Assembly (NCBI RefSeq): GCF_000372725.1
Contig: NW_005201392.1
Span: forward strand, 475,660 to 539,659
Reading direction: 5' to 3'
DNA from: Emiliania huxleyi CCMP1516
Taxonomy: Eukaryota
Length of the DNA stretch: 64,000 bases
Below the pieces are notes generated by a model, which was not told the origin of the DNA, made no database searches, and was given only the letters and a program-made list of their open reading frames with translations. A program made the position numbers and the translations under genes. Below are positions 22,596 through 34,300 of the stretch, one piece after another; position 1 is the stretch's first letter; the number at the start of each line of letters is the position of its first letter.

Positions 22596-24571
22596 TCAGA
22601 GCGTTCTGCGAGCGGCGGGATCGGCGTCCGGAGCCGCATCTCCTCTCTGCAAGCCGGTGCGCTCCGCCTCTTCCGGCGAGCAACGCGCGAGGCGCAGCCG
22701 CAGGAAGAAGCGCTGCAGCGTCGAGGCGGCCTCGAGCCGCGCCGCGAGCGGCGGCTCGTGGCCCGGCGGGGTGCGGCGGCCGGAGAACTCTCCCCGCGCG
22801 GGCGGCTCGGCGGGCGCGAGCGGCTTCGCGGCGCGGCACGCCTCGACGATGTCGGCGAGGGTGGCGTTGAGCACGTTGCGAGAGGCGCCCTGGTTGAGGG
22901 CGATCGAGATGACGTGCGGCACGGTGCTCGCGAGCACGCGCGACGCGTCGGCGAGCCGGACCCCGGCCTTTGTGAGGACGGCGCTTGAGCCCGGGTTGGC
23001 AGCGTCGAGCGTCGACTCGAGGCCCTCCAGGAAGAGGCCCGCGCCGTCAAAGTCGAAGGCCGCCTCGCCTAGGGAGTGTCTCGGAAGTGTCTCGGAAGTG
23101 TCTAGGCAGTTGTCAAAGTCGAAGGCCGCCTCGCCTGCGGTGAGCGCGACGCCGACGATGGGCACCTTTGCCTGCACGACGAGAGGGGGGGGAGCGCGCG
23201 TGGCAGATGAGAAAAGGATCTCAAAGGTGAGAGGCATCCTCTCAACGAGAGGGAGGGAGAGAGAGAGAGAGAGAAAGAGAGAGCGGCAGGGAGGGAGGGA
23301 GGGAGGGAGAGGGAGGGAGGGAGGGAGGGAGGGAGGGAGGGAGGGGGAGAGGGAGGGAGGGAGGGGGAGACGCATATTCGCCTGGACCGCCGTATAGAGC
23401 TCGAGCAGCACGTACGGCCGTCGCAGCACCTGTTCACACTTCCAGCTGTGAAGAGGCGCTCGCGGTGTTTGCCGCCGCGCAAACCGCCGCACGAGCCCAC
23501 CGACGCGCTCTGCAGCACAACCAACACCTCTGAGTCTCGGACAGACTCTTGCAGCTCGCGCAGGTCGCGCAGGTCGTCGCTGTCGAGGAAGGCCTTGCCA
23601 CCGAGCCGCTCCTGCGAGACAGGTGTGAATAGACAGGTGTGAATAGGCCTTGCCACCAAGCCGCTCCTGTGGGCGCGTCGTGAACGCGTCGGGGACGTGT
23701 CGTGGGTACGCCGGCGAAGGAGGGAGAGAACGAGGCCTGCAGCTCGCCCTGCAGCCAGCGCGCCTCCATCGCCGCCTCCGCCTTGTAGTGCGAGATGAAG
23801 ACGGACCACCGCTTGCCGCTCGCCCTGCGCGGAGCCTCCTCTGAAGAGCTGCGCTGCACCTCGCCCGCCGCGGCGAGCTTGAGGCAGTCGCCGCCGCCCG
23901 TCCCGCGCCCCAGCTCGAAGAGGGCGTTGTGGAGGTGGCCTACCTCCGCGTTGTGGAGGGCGTTGTGGAGGGCGTTGTGGAGAGAGAGAGGCGTTGTGGA
24001 GGGCGTTGTGGCCCGGGATGCGCGAGCGGGCGGCGATCTGCTCCTGGATGCCCGCCCTCAGCCGCGCCGCCTCGGCGCGGCCGAGCGAGCCGCGCCTCGC
24101 GCGCTGCAGCCGAACCGCTGACGCCTCCATGTCTCCACTCGTCCGCTCCACCAGCAGCGCATCGCGCTCGCGCCGCCGCCGCTGCACGGCCTCTTCAAGC
24201 CGCGGGATGTCGGCGACACGGAGCGGCTTGCGGACAAACAGGTCGGCGCCCGCCTCGGAAGACGCCTCCTCGAGCGCGTCGTCGCTCGACATGACTGCAC
24301 AGCAGAGCCGCCGCCCCTCAACCGAGCGAAGTTTGCGCACCAGGCCGACGCCATCGTTGGAGGAAGTCAGCACGAGGTCGAAGCGGCGCGCGTCCAGCGC
24401 CTGTAGTGCCTCAGCCGCGTCCGACACCGCCGTCACCACATGGCCTCGTTTGGCGCACATCGCCTTGACAGCGGTGCGCTGCAAGGCGTCGCCCTCCACG
24501 AGCAGAGTTCTCACCGTCGCCGACGGAGACGTTGCCTCGCGGTGGGGCTCAGCATCGCCCCACTCGACCAT
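22596..24571 (-). CDS. Pseudo-receiver (REC) - TIR domain protein (multi-exon)
   Basis: REC: TLLVEGD..AEALQAL..FDLVLTS..AGADLFVRKPL; TIR: VFISHYKAEA..AFLDSDDL..VRDSEVLVVLQS..RPYVLLELYTA..VPIVGV. Confidence 0.75.
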
Positions 24572-24739
24572 CACGGCGTCCTCCTGCGCAAGGACTAGTG
24601 ACACCCCAGGATGAATATTGCCGCGAAATCACGTCCCCCCGATGGGACACTTTCTTTTATGACCGCGCAAGATAAAGGGGTGGCTAAGGGCTCTGCCCGC
24701 AAGGCGCCCACGTCGCAGACGCGGTACCATTGACAAATC

Positions 24740-25410
24740 TGCGATATACCCCCACACGAGCAAATAGCCAAAATCCGAATACCGTGCACGAATCCGGCGA
24801 TGTGCGCCGTGCAAGCCTTCAGCTGGTGCCAAGACATTCGTAAAATTGAAGCCAAGAATCCGCCAAATCCGTGCTTTCGCGCTACCTGAGGGGAAAGCCG
24901 CTGATCGAGCCCAGTGCCCGCGGCCGCCTCCCGCGCAGCACCGCCGCTGCGGAATCGGATCGATCCCATGGAGGAGGAGGGCGCAGTCGGCCAGCGCAGC
25001 AGGCGGAGTCCCTCCCCGCGCCGGAGCCCCCCTGCAGTCGAGGGAGTCCTCGTTGGCGATGAAGGTGGCGACATCGAATCGCGGCCGACACACGTCACGG
25101 GAGGAATGGGCGATGAGCGGGAACGATGCGCGCTACGACGCCGACTCCGCCGTGCTCGTGGCCGCAGAAAGCCGCGCTCCAGGAGCACGCCAAGATGCAA
25201 TGGCACGCTTGCTTCGATTCAGCTCTCTCGGCAGCAGAAGTGGGGCTGGAGCGGGTGGGGGTGGATGCCGAGGGGGAGCGTCTCCAGCTGCGCCCTGTGG
25301 CAGCTGCGCCCTGTGGCAGCTAGTCGAGGGACTTGGTAGTTGTGACCCCCCTGAGTGAGCGGACAGGAGAGAGAGAGCGTTTTGTGGTGTTTGTTGGTGT
25401 ACGCAATAAC
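24740..25410 (+). mobile_element. Cassette repeat family E, copy 1
   Basis: Leader 24745-24990 and trailer 25313-25405 shared with 54640-55350 and 60748-61445; middle section unrelated. Confidence 0.75.
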
Positions 25411-25741
25411 GGGACAGGGTGGTTGTTCTCTCTATCTCCTCTTCTAGCTCTTAGCATGAGCTGCGCCCGGTGTCCGACCCCTTTTGCGCAGCAACACCTT
25501 AAACTTTTAGGCCCTCCAAATTCGGGTCGGAGCGTAGCGGAGTGGGCCCCGAGTTTGAAAAGGGCGACGGACGCTTGCGTCCTAGCCTCCAACAACGCCT
25601 CCCCGGCGCAGAGGGGCCCCCGGTGGGATGCACAACCGCTCCACGCCACGCCGCTTGCGGCGGTCCTCTTCCCAGTCCGCTGAGGGCCCGTGCGTTATTT
25701 TGCCCAGCAGCGCGCCCTCGCCGCAGCGCTGCGCTGCACCA

Positions 25742-27258
25742 ATGGCCGCCCCGGCTGCCACGTCGGCCAACGCGCCAAAGGAGACGGTGTACGTCAACAA
25801 CCTGTCGGAGAAGGTCAACCAGGAGGAGATGAAGAAGTCGCTCTACGCCGTCTTCGCGCCCTTTGGCCCGATCATCGACATTGTGCACTTCAAGAGCAAC
25901 AAGATGCGAGGGCAGGCGTTCGTCGTCTTCCGCGACGTGCCCGCCGCTTCGAGCGCGGTCCGCCAGATGCAGGGCTTCCCCTTTTACGACAAGCCCATGA
26001 AGCTCGACTATGCAAAGGCCAAGTCGGACGCGACGGCGCGCGCGCCCGGCAGCCCTTGCGCCCGCGAAGCTGGCGACGCCCCCCCCTCCCGCCCCCCCTT
26101 TCGAGCTCCGCCCCCGTCGGACGCCGCAGGCGAAGCTCGACGGCTCGTACCTCGCAAAGGTGCGGGAGGAGCGCACCGCAAAGAGAAGGGCGGAGCGCGA
26201 GGAGCGCAAGGCGGGCGCCAAGAAGGAGAAGGCGGCCGCGCCAAAGGCGCCTCGCGAGGAGGCCGCGGACGCCGAGATGGCGGCGCCCGCCGCGCCGGCG
26301 GCGCCCGCCGCGCCCGCCGCGCCCGCCGCCAACCTGCCGAACCCGATCCTGTTCGTGGAGGACCTGCCAGACCAGGTCAACGAGATGATGCTCTCGATGC
26401 TCTTCTCGCAGTTCCCCGGCTTCAAGGAGGCGCGCGCGGAGCACTCGCCGCCTCGCCCCCGCGCGGCCCGCCCCCTCCCCGTCACGAGACCGCCCTCGAT
26501 CGCCGCCGCGGGAGCGGGTTTTGAGGGCACCGCCCCTCGAATCCCCCCCNNNNNNNNNNNNNNNNNNNNNNNNNNNNNNNNNNNNNNNNNNNNNNNNNNN
26601 NNNNNNNNNNNNNNNNNNNNNNNNNNNNNNNNNNNNNNNNNNNNNNNNNAAAAAAAAGGGCGGACCCCGAGGAGCCCAAGCCGGGCCCCAAAAAGGAGAA
26701 GGCGGCCGCCCCAAAGGCCCCTCGCGAGGAGGCCCCGGACCCCGAAATGGCGGCCCCCCCCGCGCGGGGGGCGCCCGCCGCGCCCGCCGCGCCCGCCGCC
26801 AACTTGCGGAACCCGATCCTGTTTGTGGAGGCCCTGCCAGACCAGGTCAACGAGATGATGCTCTGGATGCTTTTTTCGCAGTTCCCCGGTTTCAAGGAGG
26901 CGCGCGGGGAGCATTTGCCGCTTTGCCCCCGGGGGGCCCGCCCCCTCCCGGTCAGGAGACCGCCCTCGATCCCCCCCGGGGGAGGGGTTTTTGAGGGCCC
27001 CGCCCCTGGAATCCCCCCCCCCTCCCCCCCCCCCCCCCCCCGCCGCCGCCGCCGCCGCCGCCCACCCGCTCTGCCACCCGCTGAGAGCCGCCGCCCGCTC
27101 GGCGCCCCGGCTCGCAGGTGCGGCTGGTGCCGGGCAAGGCGGGGATTGCCTTCGTCGAGTTCGAGTCGGAGATGCAGTCGGGCGTCGCGATGGGCGGACT
27201 GCAGGGCTTCAAGATCACGCCAACCAACCTGATGAAGATCACGTACGCCAGGCGGTGA
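25742..27258 (+). CDS. U1A/U2B''/SNF-family spliceosomal RRM protein (spans the assembly gap)
   Basis: [96 protein letters not shown]. Confidence 0.92.
26550..26649. other. Assembly gap of 100 N, followed by an error-rich duplicate read (26650-27010) of 26180-26549
   Basis: N run; the duplicate shows homopolymer-biased substitutions typical of read ends. Confidence 0.9.
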
Positions 27259-27889
27259 GGGCGGCGAGCCGCGCATGGGTGGATGGGGCAGTGCTGCGGG
27301 AGCGCTCGAGTCGCCCCGGCGGGCAGCAGCAGGGGGAGAGGCCCTCTTTGCGGTGCATTTTATGGTATGTCACACCGACGTCTCTAGCTTCTAGGCTCCA
27401 CAGAGATGTGTGCAAAATGCATGCGTACGCTCAATATCGCTACGTATGCGTTTTTCGGAGTTCGCTTTCGTGTTTCGGCCTCGGTGCCGCCATGCTCTGG
27501 CCTCTGTCTGGGGCTCCAGTCCAGACGGCGCGCAGCGCGGCTGCTCCAGTCTGGGCTCCTCGTCCCCCCCCGCGCCGCCGCGGCCGGGCTGCTCGTACTT
27601 TCTCTGCTGCATGTTCTGCTGCCGCGTGCGGTCGGAGGTCGGACCCTCTCAGCGTGGCGTTGGCCGTTGGGCGTTGCGTTGCGTCGAGTTGCTTTCTTGC
27701 GAGTTGCGCTCTCGGGGCCCGCGCGCCGCGGTCCGATCTGCGATCTTTTGTGCACCAAAGTTTGCCCATACGACGGCAAACTGGCTCGGGAGGCGTCCCT
27801 GATCGCATACGGGCCACAGAGGAGAGACGGAACGGTCAGCTGGGCAGGCGGACAGCGCAAGCTACGCGGGCTCGTGCAACAAGGGCTCG

Positions 27890-30013
27890 AACGGTTCACC
27901 ACCTCCGCGAAGCCATCACGAGCGCGGGGCACGACGTCGGCAACCTCATCGTCCACATGCCGGAGGAGCTACCGCGCGCGTGGCCGTGGGAACACGGGGG
28001 CGCGTGGACAGAGCTGCTCGAGTCTACCGGAAGGGCCAGCGACGGCGGCGGCTCCAAGCTGCAAGCCACCAGCCTAGGCGCGATCATGCGAGTCAGGAGC
28101 GGACAGCTCGGGCTCGGCGAACTCGACTACAAGGACGACGCCGGCAGGGCGGCCATGGAGGCGCTCGCAGAGGTCTGGAGGGCACCCAGGGGACGCCAGC
28201 TGGCCGGAGAGCTCGTCCACAGCCTAGAGATGCTGTACGATATCATCGAGCGACCCGTCGCAGCCGCGTCTTTGGACTCGCGGCGAGCAGTGGTGCGACG
28301 CCAGAGGTTGCGTTGCTGTTGCGTCCAGACATGCGGCCCTGCTCAGCGTGGGCGTTCACGAGATCGTCGGCTGGGGAGTGGGCGCTGCGCGTGCGGCGTT
28401 GCTTGTGGGAAAACGGGCGTATGCTGACGGTGCCGGAGAAGGACGCGGAGCACTTTGTCCTTGGCCCAAATACGGTCGTGGTGCCTCGCTCGCGCAAGCA
28501 CCCGGGCTACATGGACGATGCCATCGCGGCGGGACGCTGGGGCGCCATCGAGCGGTTTGTGGGCTTGCACGACAAGCTGCGGCGGCGCGCGTACGCTAAC
28601 CTGAGCGCAGAGGACCTGATCGGCGCCGCGACAGCCGAGAAGCCGCCGCAGAATCGGCAGGTGTTCGTCGAGGCATTGCTGCAGCGCCACTTGCGTGAGG
28701 TCGGCGTCGAGGTGCAGCGGACGGCCTTCGACAAGGGCGACGCCGGTCTGTGGATAATGGGTGAGTGCCGCAGGCTGCCGTCGGCCGAGAAGGGCGGCGG
28801 GCAGCGCCGGCGTCGCCAAAGAAGCCGGTGCCCAGTATCACTCGTCGAGCAGCACAGCACCGCCGCTTGTCTCGAGGGAGTGAGCTACGGGTGTGCAAAG
28901 GGCGACGGTAAGGGAAATGCGTCCTCTGTCTGGGTCCTCAACTGCCGCGGTGTCTTCCGCTGCGTCGGCTTCGACGCGGCGGTGCGGTGCGGCTATCCTC
29001 CGGGGAGGGGAGGGTATCACTGCAGCTGCGACGGGAGCGACGTGGAGTCACCAGTCATACGGCACCCCTCCTCGCGCCACCAGCTGCAGGCGCCGGCAGC
29101 CGGCGCCTCACGGCTGGCGGTGTGCATCGCGGGCATCTCTCGCACTTTCACACGACCGCACGTGCACCAGTCGATTGCGGCGATGCTTGAGCAAGCCAGC
29201 GCCGGGTTGCACTCGGACACCTTTGCGGCTCTCGTACTCGAGGACGACGCGCCGAAGCCAGGCCAGCGAATGTGGGCCGCCTCGCCCGTCAGCAGCGGGG
29301 AGCAAGATGTTCGTGCAACGCTTTCCGCGCTTCGTGTTCGCGCGACCGACCTCCGCACGGCCTCCGGTGCCGATGGGGTCGCTCTTAACCTGCGCTGCCC
29401 TCTCGACGGTTTCATCGGCGCCACGGAGGCGAACGCGCGCCGCGCCATGGCCCAGTGGCGCACCGTTGGCCGTTGCGTGCCGCTCATCGAGCGAGCCGAG
29501 GACGAGGACGGAACCCAGTACGACTACATTCTTCGCACGCGGCCGGACCTGTTCTGGGCAGCGGCCCACCCGCCGCTGCGATCGCTGCTCCTAAGCTCGA
29601 CGGCAGGCCAATCCGCTGCCTTTTGGGACGACCGTCCTCTCACGCCTTTCGCCGAGGGTTTCCACGGCGAGAAGCCGCCACCGCAGGCCGACTGGCACTT
29701 CCTCGCTCCTCGTCCCGCCGGCCTCGCCACCCTCCGCCTCTACGACCGCTACATCGCCTGCAACGGGTCGGCGCCGCCCTTCCGCGCGCCGGTTGGCGCC
29801 GTGGTGCACGAGCACAACTCGGAAGCGATGCTGGAGGCGAGCCTGCGCGCGCATGGCCCGCTGCTCAGCGTGTCGCTGCCAATGCTGCTCGTGCGTAAGA
29901 GCAGCGCCGAGCCCGCCGCGCGGTCGCTGCTGATGTGCTCGGACGGGTACGCGGCGCGCGTGTTTGGGATGAGCTGCGCCGGTTTGTACGAGCGAGCCTA
30001 CCCTGGGAGGTGA
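27890..30013 (+). CDS. Multi-domain protein with a C-terminal putative glycosyltransferase-like domain; 5' structure uncertain
   Basis: RLAVCIAGISRTF...QYDYILRTRPDL motif pair; small Cys-rich module CLEGVSYGC..VWVLNCRGVFRC. Confidence 0.45.
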   Translation, partial: NGSPPPRSHHERGARRRQPHRPHAGGATARVAVGTRGRVDRAARVYRKGQRRRRLQAASHQPRRDHASQERTARARRTRLQGRRRQGGHGGARRGLEGTQGTPAGRRARPQPRDAVRYHRATRRSRVFGLAASSGATPEVALLLRPDMRPCSAWAFTRSSAGEWALRVRRCLWENGRMLTVPEKDAEHFVLGPNTVVVPRSRKHPGYMDDAIAAGRWGAIERFVGLHDKLRRRAYANLSAEDLIGAATAEKPPQNRQVFVEALLQRHLREVGVEVQRTAFDKGDAGLWIMGECRRLPSAEKGGGQRRRRQRSRCPVSLVEQHSTAACLEGVSYGCAKGDGKGNASSVWVLNCRGVFRCVGFDAAVRCGYPPGRGGYHCSCDGSDVESPVIRHPSSRHQLQAPAAGASRLAVCIAGISRTFTRPHVHQSIAAMLEQASAGLHSDTFAALVLEDDAPKPGQRMWAASPVSSGEQDVRATLSALRVRATDLRTASGADGVALNLRCPLDGFIGATEANARRAMAQWRTVGRCVPLIERAEDEDGTQYDYILRTRPDLFWAAAHPPLRSLLLSSTAGQSAAFWDDRPLTPFAEGFHGEKPPPQADWHFLAPRPAGLATLRLYDRYIACNGSAPPFRAPVGAVVHEHNSEAMLEASLRAHGPLLSVSLPMLLVRKSSAEPAARSLLMCSDGYAARVFGMSCAGLYERAYPGR

Positions 30014-30108
30014 GTATGACCTATGAGACGTATGTGAGCTGCGGAGGGCGTGGCAGGTCAATGCGCTAGCATTTTAATTAGGGGGGGGGCCCTCTGCAAC
30101 GCCTGCGC

Positions 30109-30480
30109 TAGAGCTGTCAAACGTTAAGAGCTGAACAGTGTTGCTAGTGTTAACAGTAACAACAGAACAACAGTTGGGCTCCCCAACAACATTAGCTAAT
30201 GTTAGGCCAGCTGAACAACAATAAGGAAGGCCTACCAGTGACCCACGACGATCTCCAGCGTCCAGTGCAGGTAATACCCGAAAATACCTGGAAATCTCCC
30301 CGGGTATTTTCGGGTTTTACCCGGGTTTTTGGCATTTTCTGCTTGCTGACCACTGAACAACAGTAACAACAGTAACAAACAGTAACAGCTTGGGCTGGGG
30401 GAGAACACTTGAACAACGTTGAGGATTTCAGCCAACAATAGTGCAACTGTTAGGCCCAAAGTTAACGTTTGACAGCTCTA
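30109..30480. mobile_element. hAT-like MITE
   Basis: 19-bp perfect TIR TAGAGCTGTCAAACGTTAA; 8-bp TSD GCCTGCGC (30101-30108 and 30481-30488). Confidence 0.9.
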
Positions 30481-30613
30481 GCCTGCGCGCTGGAGAGCCT
30501 AAAGCCGTAGCTCCTAGCTAAGCGAGAGAGGCATAGTCCATAGAGCTCTATACGTCTGTGGGCCAGATTTTTTTCATCTCAACCGTAGGGTCCAAGAGCC
30601 ACTCAGCACTCTC

Positions 30614-31282
30614 TCACGCCAGGCGAATGCGCGATGAGTCCATCCACACGAGCACCGACTGGCGGCATATAGGACACTGCGCCATCTGAGCGGAGCAGTC
30701 GCCGCACGCGCACTGGTGCCCGCAAGGGATCGCGACGTGATCCTTCGGCCGAGTGAAGCAAACTATGCTAACGTGGTCTCGCCGCCCAGGGTGGACTCGG
30801 GAACCGCTGCGCGACCTGTGTCGAAGTTGGCGTCGGCTAGCGAGAGCGCCACAGCGGGCTGCGCTCCTCACTCGGAGAGTCGCCAGTCGACCCGGCGGGA
30901 GGCGCCTGCTCCTCCGCTGCGCGCCTCGCCTCGTCCTCCAGCCTCGCGCTCCGGTCGAACGCCGCTGCCAACTCTGCCTCCTCCGCCGCCAGCGCTGACT
31001 CATCCTCCGGCTCCCGCGACGGCCCAGCGCCGCCCCCGCCGCCCTTTGCCTTGTTCCTCTTCTTCTTCCCCTTCTTGCTCTCCTTGGCACGCTCCTCCGC
31101 CTCCTTCTCCGCCTCCTCCTGCGCCAGCAGCGCCTCGGCATGCCGCGCCGCAGTCGCCTCTGCCGCCGCTCTCTCCACCTTCCGCACCTCCGCTTCCTGC
31201 GCCGCTCTCATCTCCACCTCTGCCGCTCCACCGGGCCTCCTGCTGTGGCGCCCACGCCACGTGCGCCGCGACAAGCAGGGGT
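30614..31282 (-). pseudogene. Coiled-coil + C-terminal RING (C3HC4_3-type) gene fragment abutting the LTR insertion
   Basis: EALLAQEEAEKE..KKKRNK coil and IVCFTRPKDHVAIPCGHQCACGDC..CPICR, in different frames (intron or frameshift). Confidence 0.55.
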
Positions 31283-31376
31283 CAAGTCGTTCGGCCGGGG
31301 CGTCCTGGGCGGGCAAACGCCCGCCCCGGCGGCCGACTCTGGGATTGTAGGTCGAGTCTTGGTGGTACGGAGACGG

Positions 31377-34300
31377 TCACGAGACGGGACGGACGGGACC
31401 TCCGGACTCTAGGACGACGCCACGGGACTCTAGGAGAGAGAGTGTGAAGGGAGTCTGGCGGGGCTTTGGCCCGACGTCCCCCCCCTCGACGAGTCGACGT
31501 ACGGCTCTAGTCGAGCAACCGTAACTCGCTTCGTGAATCTCTCCGGACCTTCGATGTGAGTCATGTCGGAGTCCATCGGCGGAGTCGTCGACATTGTGGT
31601 CGACGGCGTGTGCGAACCGATAGCGCAGTGGCGTGTGTCGGCGAGCGAGCCGAAGGCGCGGGAGAGAGAGAAAGTCGAGAAAAACTCTCTCGGCGGAGTG
31701 GTCGACATCGTAGTCGACGGCGTGCGAACCAATTGCGTAGCAATCGTGTGGATCACCGGTATTACATACGCCCTGGCGAGCTGGTGCATCCACTTGGTTG
31801 CTGTGAAGAATTGAGTCCGTTCGTTGTCGCGGTTGTGAAAAAAAAATCGTCGTGTTGACGCAAAAAAAATATGTTGATGCCGTGCCAGTAGCCGGGGCAT
31901 CATCTGACGAATCGGTAGCGTAGCGGCGTATACCGGAATTGTGGCCAGATATGTCAAAGCGGTCGATACGAAGCGAACCAATTGTATAGCGGCGTGTGTC
32001 GGCGAGAACCTGTCCGGGACCAAAATCCCCCCCTTCAATGTAGTCGCGAAGCTCTGGAGGAGATCGACTGGTCGCAGCGTGGCTGACTGGTCGCCTTCTG
32101 GACTCTCGATGCAAGTTACATTGGAGCCCATCTGCGGAGCGTTGGAAGGGGCCGAGGTGTCTGACCGGGGTAGGTCGGTGGCGTAGCTTCGGCATCCGGT
32201 GCGGCTGTTTGGTAGGCTGACGTTGCCCTCGGTGGCGGAACGGAACAAGGGGCGTGACATGGGTGGCCATACGTGGGCCGTAACTGGAGGTGGAGCACGG
32301 CGAAGTGATGCACGGCTGATTGAAGCGGGGCCGAGCATCGAGTGCGGTTGGATTATGGCGAGAGAATGGATAGACTTCTCTGAGGGCAATTTGTTGGGCC
32401 TCGGCGTGTGTAATGTAGCACCATTCGGGGCTGGTCCCAGCGCACTCCTCCATGGTGCACTCGCCACGGATGAAGCGCTCGACAAAGCGTGAATCGTCAG
32501 CTTTGCCGCTGCGGTCGCGGGGTTCTTTGAGTCCAGCGGTGAACCAGGATGCGCCGCCTGGTTGTTCGTCCTGTCGCATGGCTTGCGCGTGGCCGGATGG
32601 ATCGCAGCGTGGTCCGGCGGAGTCGAGTGCAGCCAAGATGCGGAGCCCGGGTTGGGGGTGCCCAAATTTGACGATGGCACCGGAGGCAGGTGTGAAGCCT
32701 CTGTTGAGGGCGGAGTTGACAGGGAAGACACTGTCGGAACAATGCCCGAGCCTCCCGGGAGTACTCGAGACATCGTCGACAGAGGGGTCGAGGGTAGAGC
32801 CGGCACGATGTCCCATGGCTTCGTGGTGCTCAGCGACGCCGGTGTTTTGGCTTCCGGTAGCGGGAAGTGGTACACTCCTGTCACCGTCGGCAACGGCGGC
32901 AGGCACGCAGGTGCGTCGCATGGGGCGGAGGTCGTCGCCCGGTTCGAGGGTGCTTGAGTTGAGTCGCTCGACAGCGTGAGCGACGGCGATGACCCGCGCG
33001 TCGGCGACGCTGTTGCGTGCAGCGCGCTCGGCCTTTCCTTGGATGGGAAGGGGCTTGGCGGGTTGGCGGGGTGCGGGAGGCGGTGCTGTCTCGTTGACCT
33101 CGTCGTCGGGTTTGGCAAGCTCGGTCCATGGGCCGCTAACGGCTGAAGCGTGCGATCCTGGCGCGACGTGCTTTGGCTCTCTCCAGTTGTGGCGTGGGAG
33201 GAGGCGTGCGCGCTCGGTGAAGTTCTCTGAGTTTGCATGGTGCTTGCTGGAGATGGCGTAGGCGACAATGGCGTTGAGTCGCGAAGGCCGGGTGGAGCGC
33301 TCCTTGGAACGCCAGGCGCCCTCGGTGTGCCTCCCGGAGGTGCGCTTGGCGTGGTCGATGTGGTGTGGGCACTCAAGGCCGTCGAGCTGAGCGGCGGCGA
33401 GAAGGCCGACAGCAGCAGAGCCATCGGCGGAGCGGCCGACAGCGCTGGAGCCATCGGCGAGGCCGTCGAATCGAGCGACAGCGAAGCGGCCGTCGATATG
33501 AACGACGGCGAAGCAGCCGTCGAGCCAGGCGACGGCGAGACAGCTGACAGCAGCAGAGCCATCAGAGGAGGCACCGCTGGTGACGGTGGCGACGTAGAGG
33601 GCGTCAGCGGTGGACGCATGGCTCTCGATGGCGGCGATGGCGGCGAGGGCGCCGGCGGAGGAGGCGCCGCTGCGGGTGTCAAGCTTGGCGTCCCAGGCTG
33701 AAGCAGAGGCGGAGGCGCCGAGGTCGGGGGCGCCGGCGGCGATGACGCTGTATCGATATCGCAGGCATCTGTAGTCCTCGTTGGCCACCGGGTGATCAGT
33801 CCGGAGGCCAGGAGCAATGGTGACGTCGTTGATACAGAAGATGTCGATGCCGGAGGTCGCGCAGGACCCGACAGAGACTTGGTCGATGCCGCCGAGTGCG
33901 TCGGCGAGAAATCCGAGGGCATAGCGGCCATCGGCAGAGCTATCGTCGACCTTGCGGGTTGTCCAGCAATGGGTGGGCGGGATGTCGCGGTCGGCGGAGA
34001 CGCGACTGGAGACGCCTCGGATTTGGGGCAGTGTGGCACGGCCATGGCAGTCGATGGCGCAGGCGTTGTCTGCGAAAGAGAAGACGGCGCGAGCGAGGCT
34101 CTCAACGGAGCCGCCAGGGACAGAGTCGCTGGCACGAATTGGGGTGCTGTTGACAGGAGGCGAGGCGGTGCAGGCGGAGACACCGAGGGAAACGCCGCTG
34201 TCGACGGAGAGGCCTGGAAGGCCAGGCAAAGCGGCGTGGCGGCGGCCACCGCTGCCGCGAGAAGGTGGGAGGGCATAGGGGTGGCTCCCGATGCGGACGT

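Noticed and set aside
26650..27010. Tandem duplicate or diverged paralog exon of the U1A/U2B'' gene
   Set aside because: It abuts the N gap and its differences are homopolymer-biased, typical of a low-quality overlapping read end.
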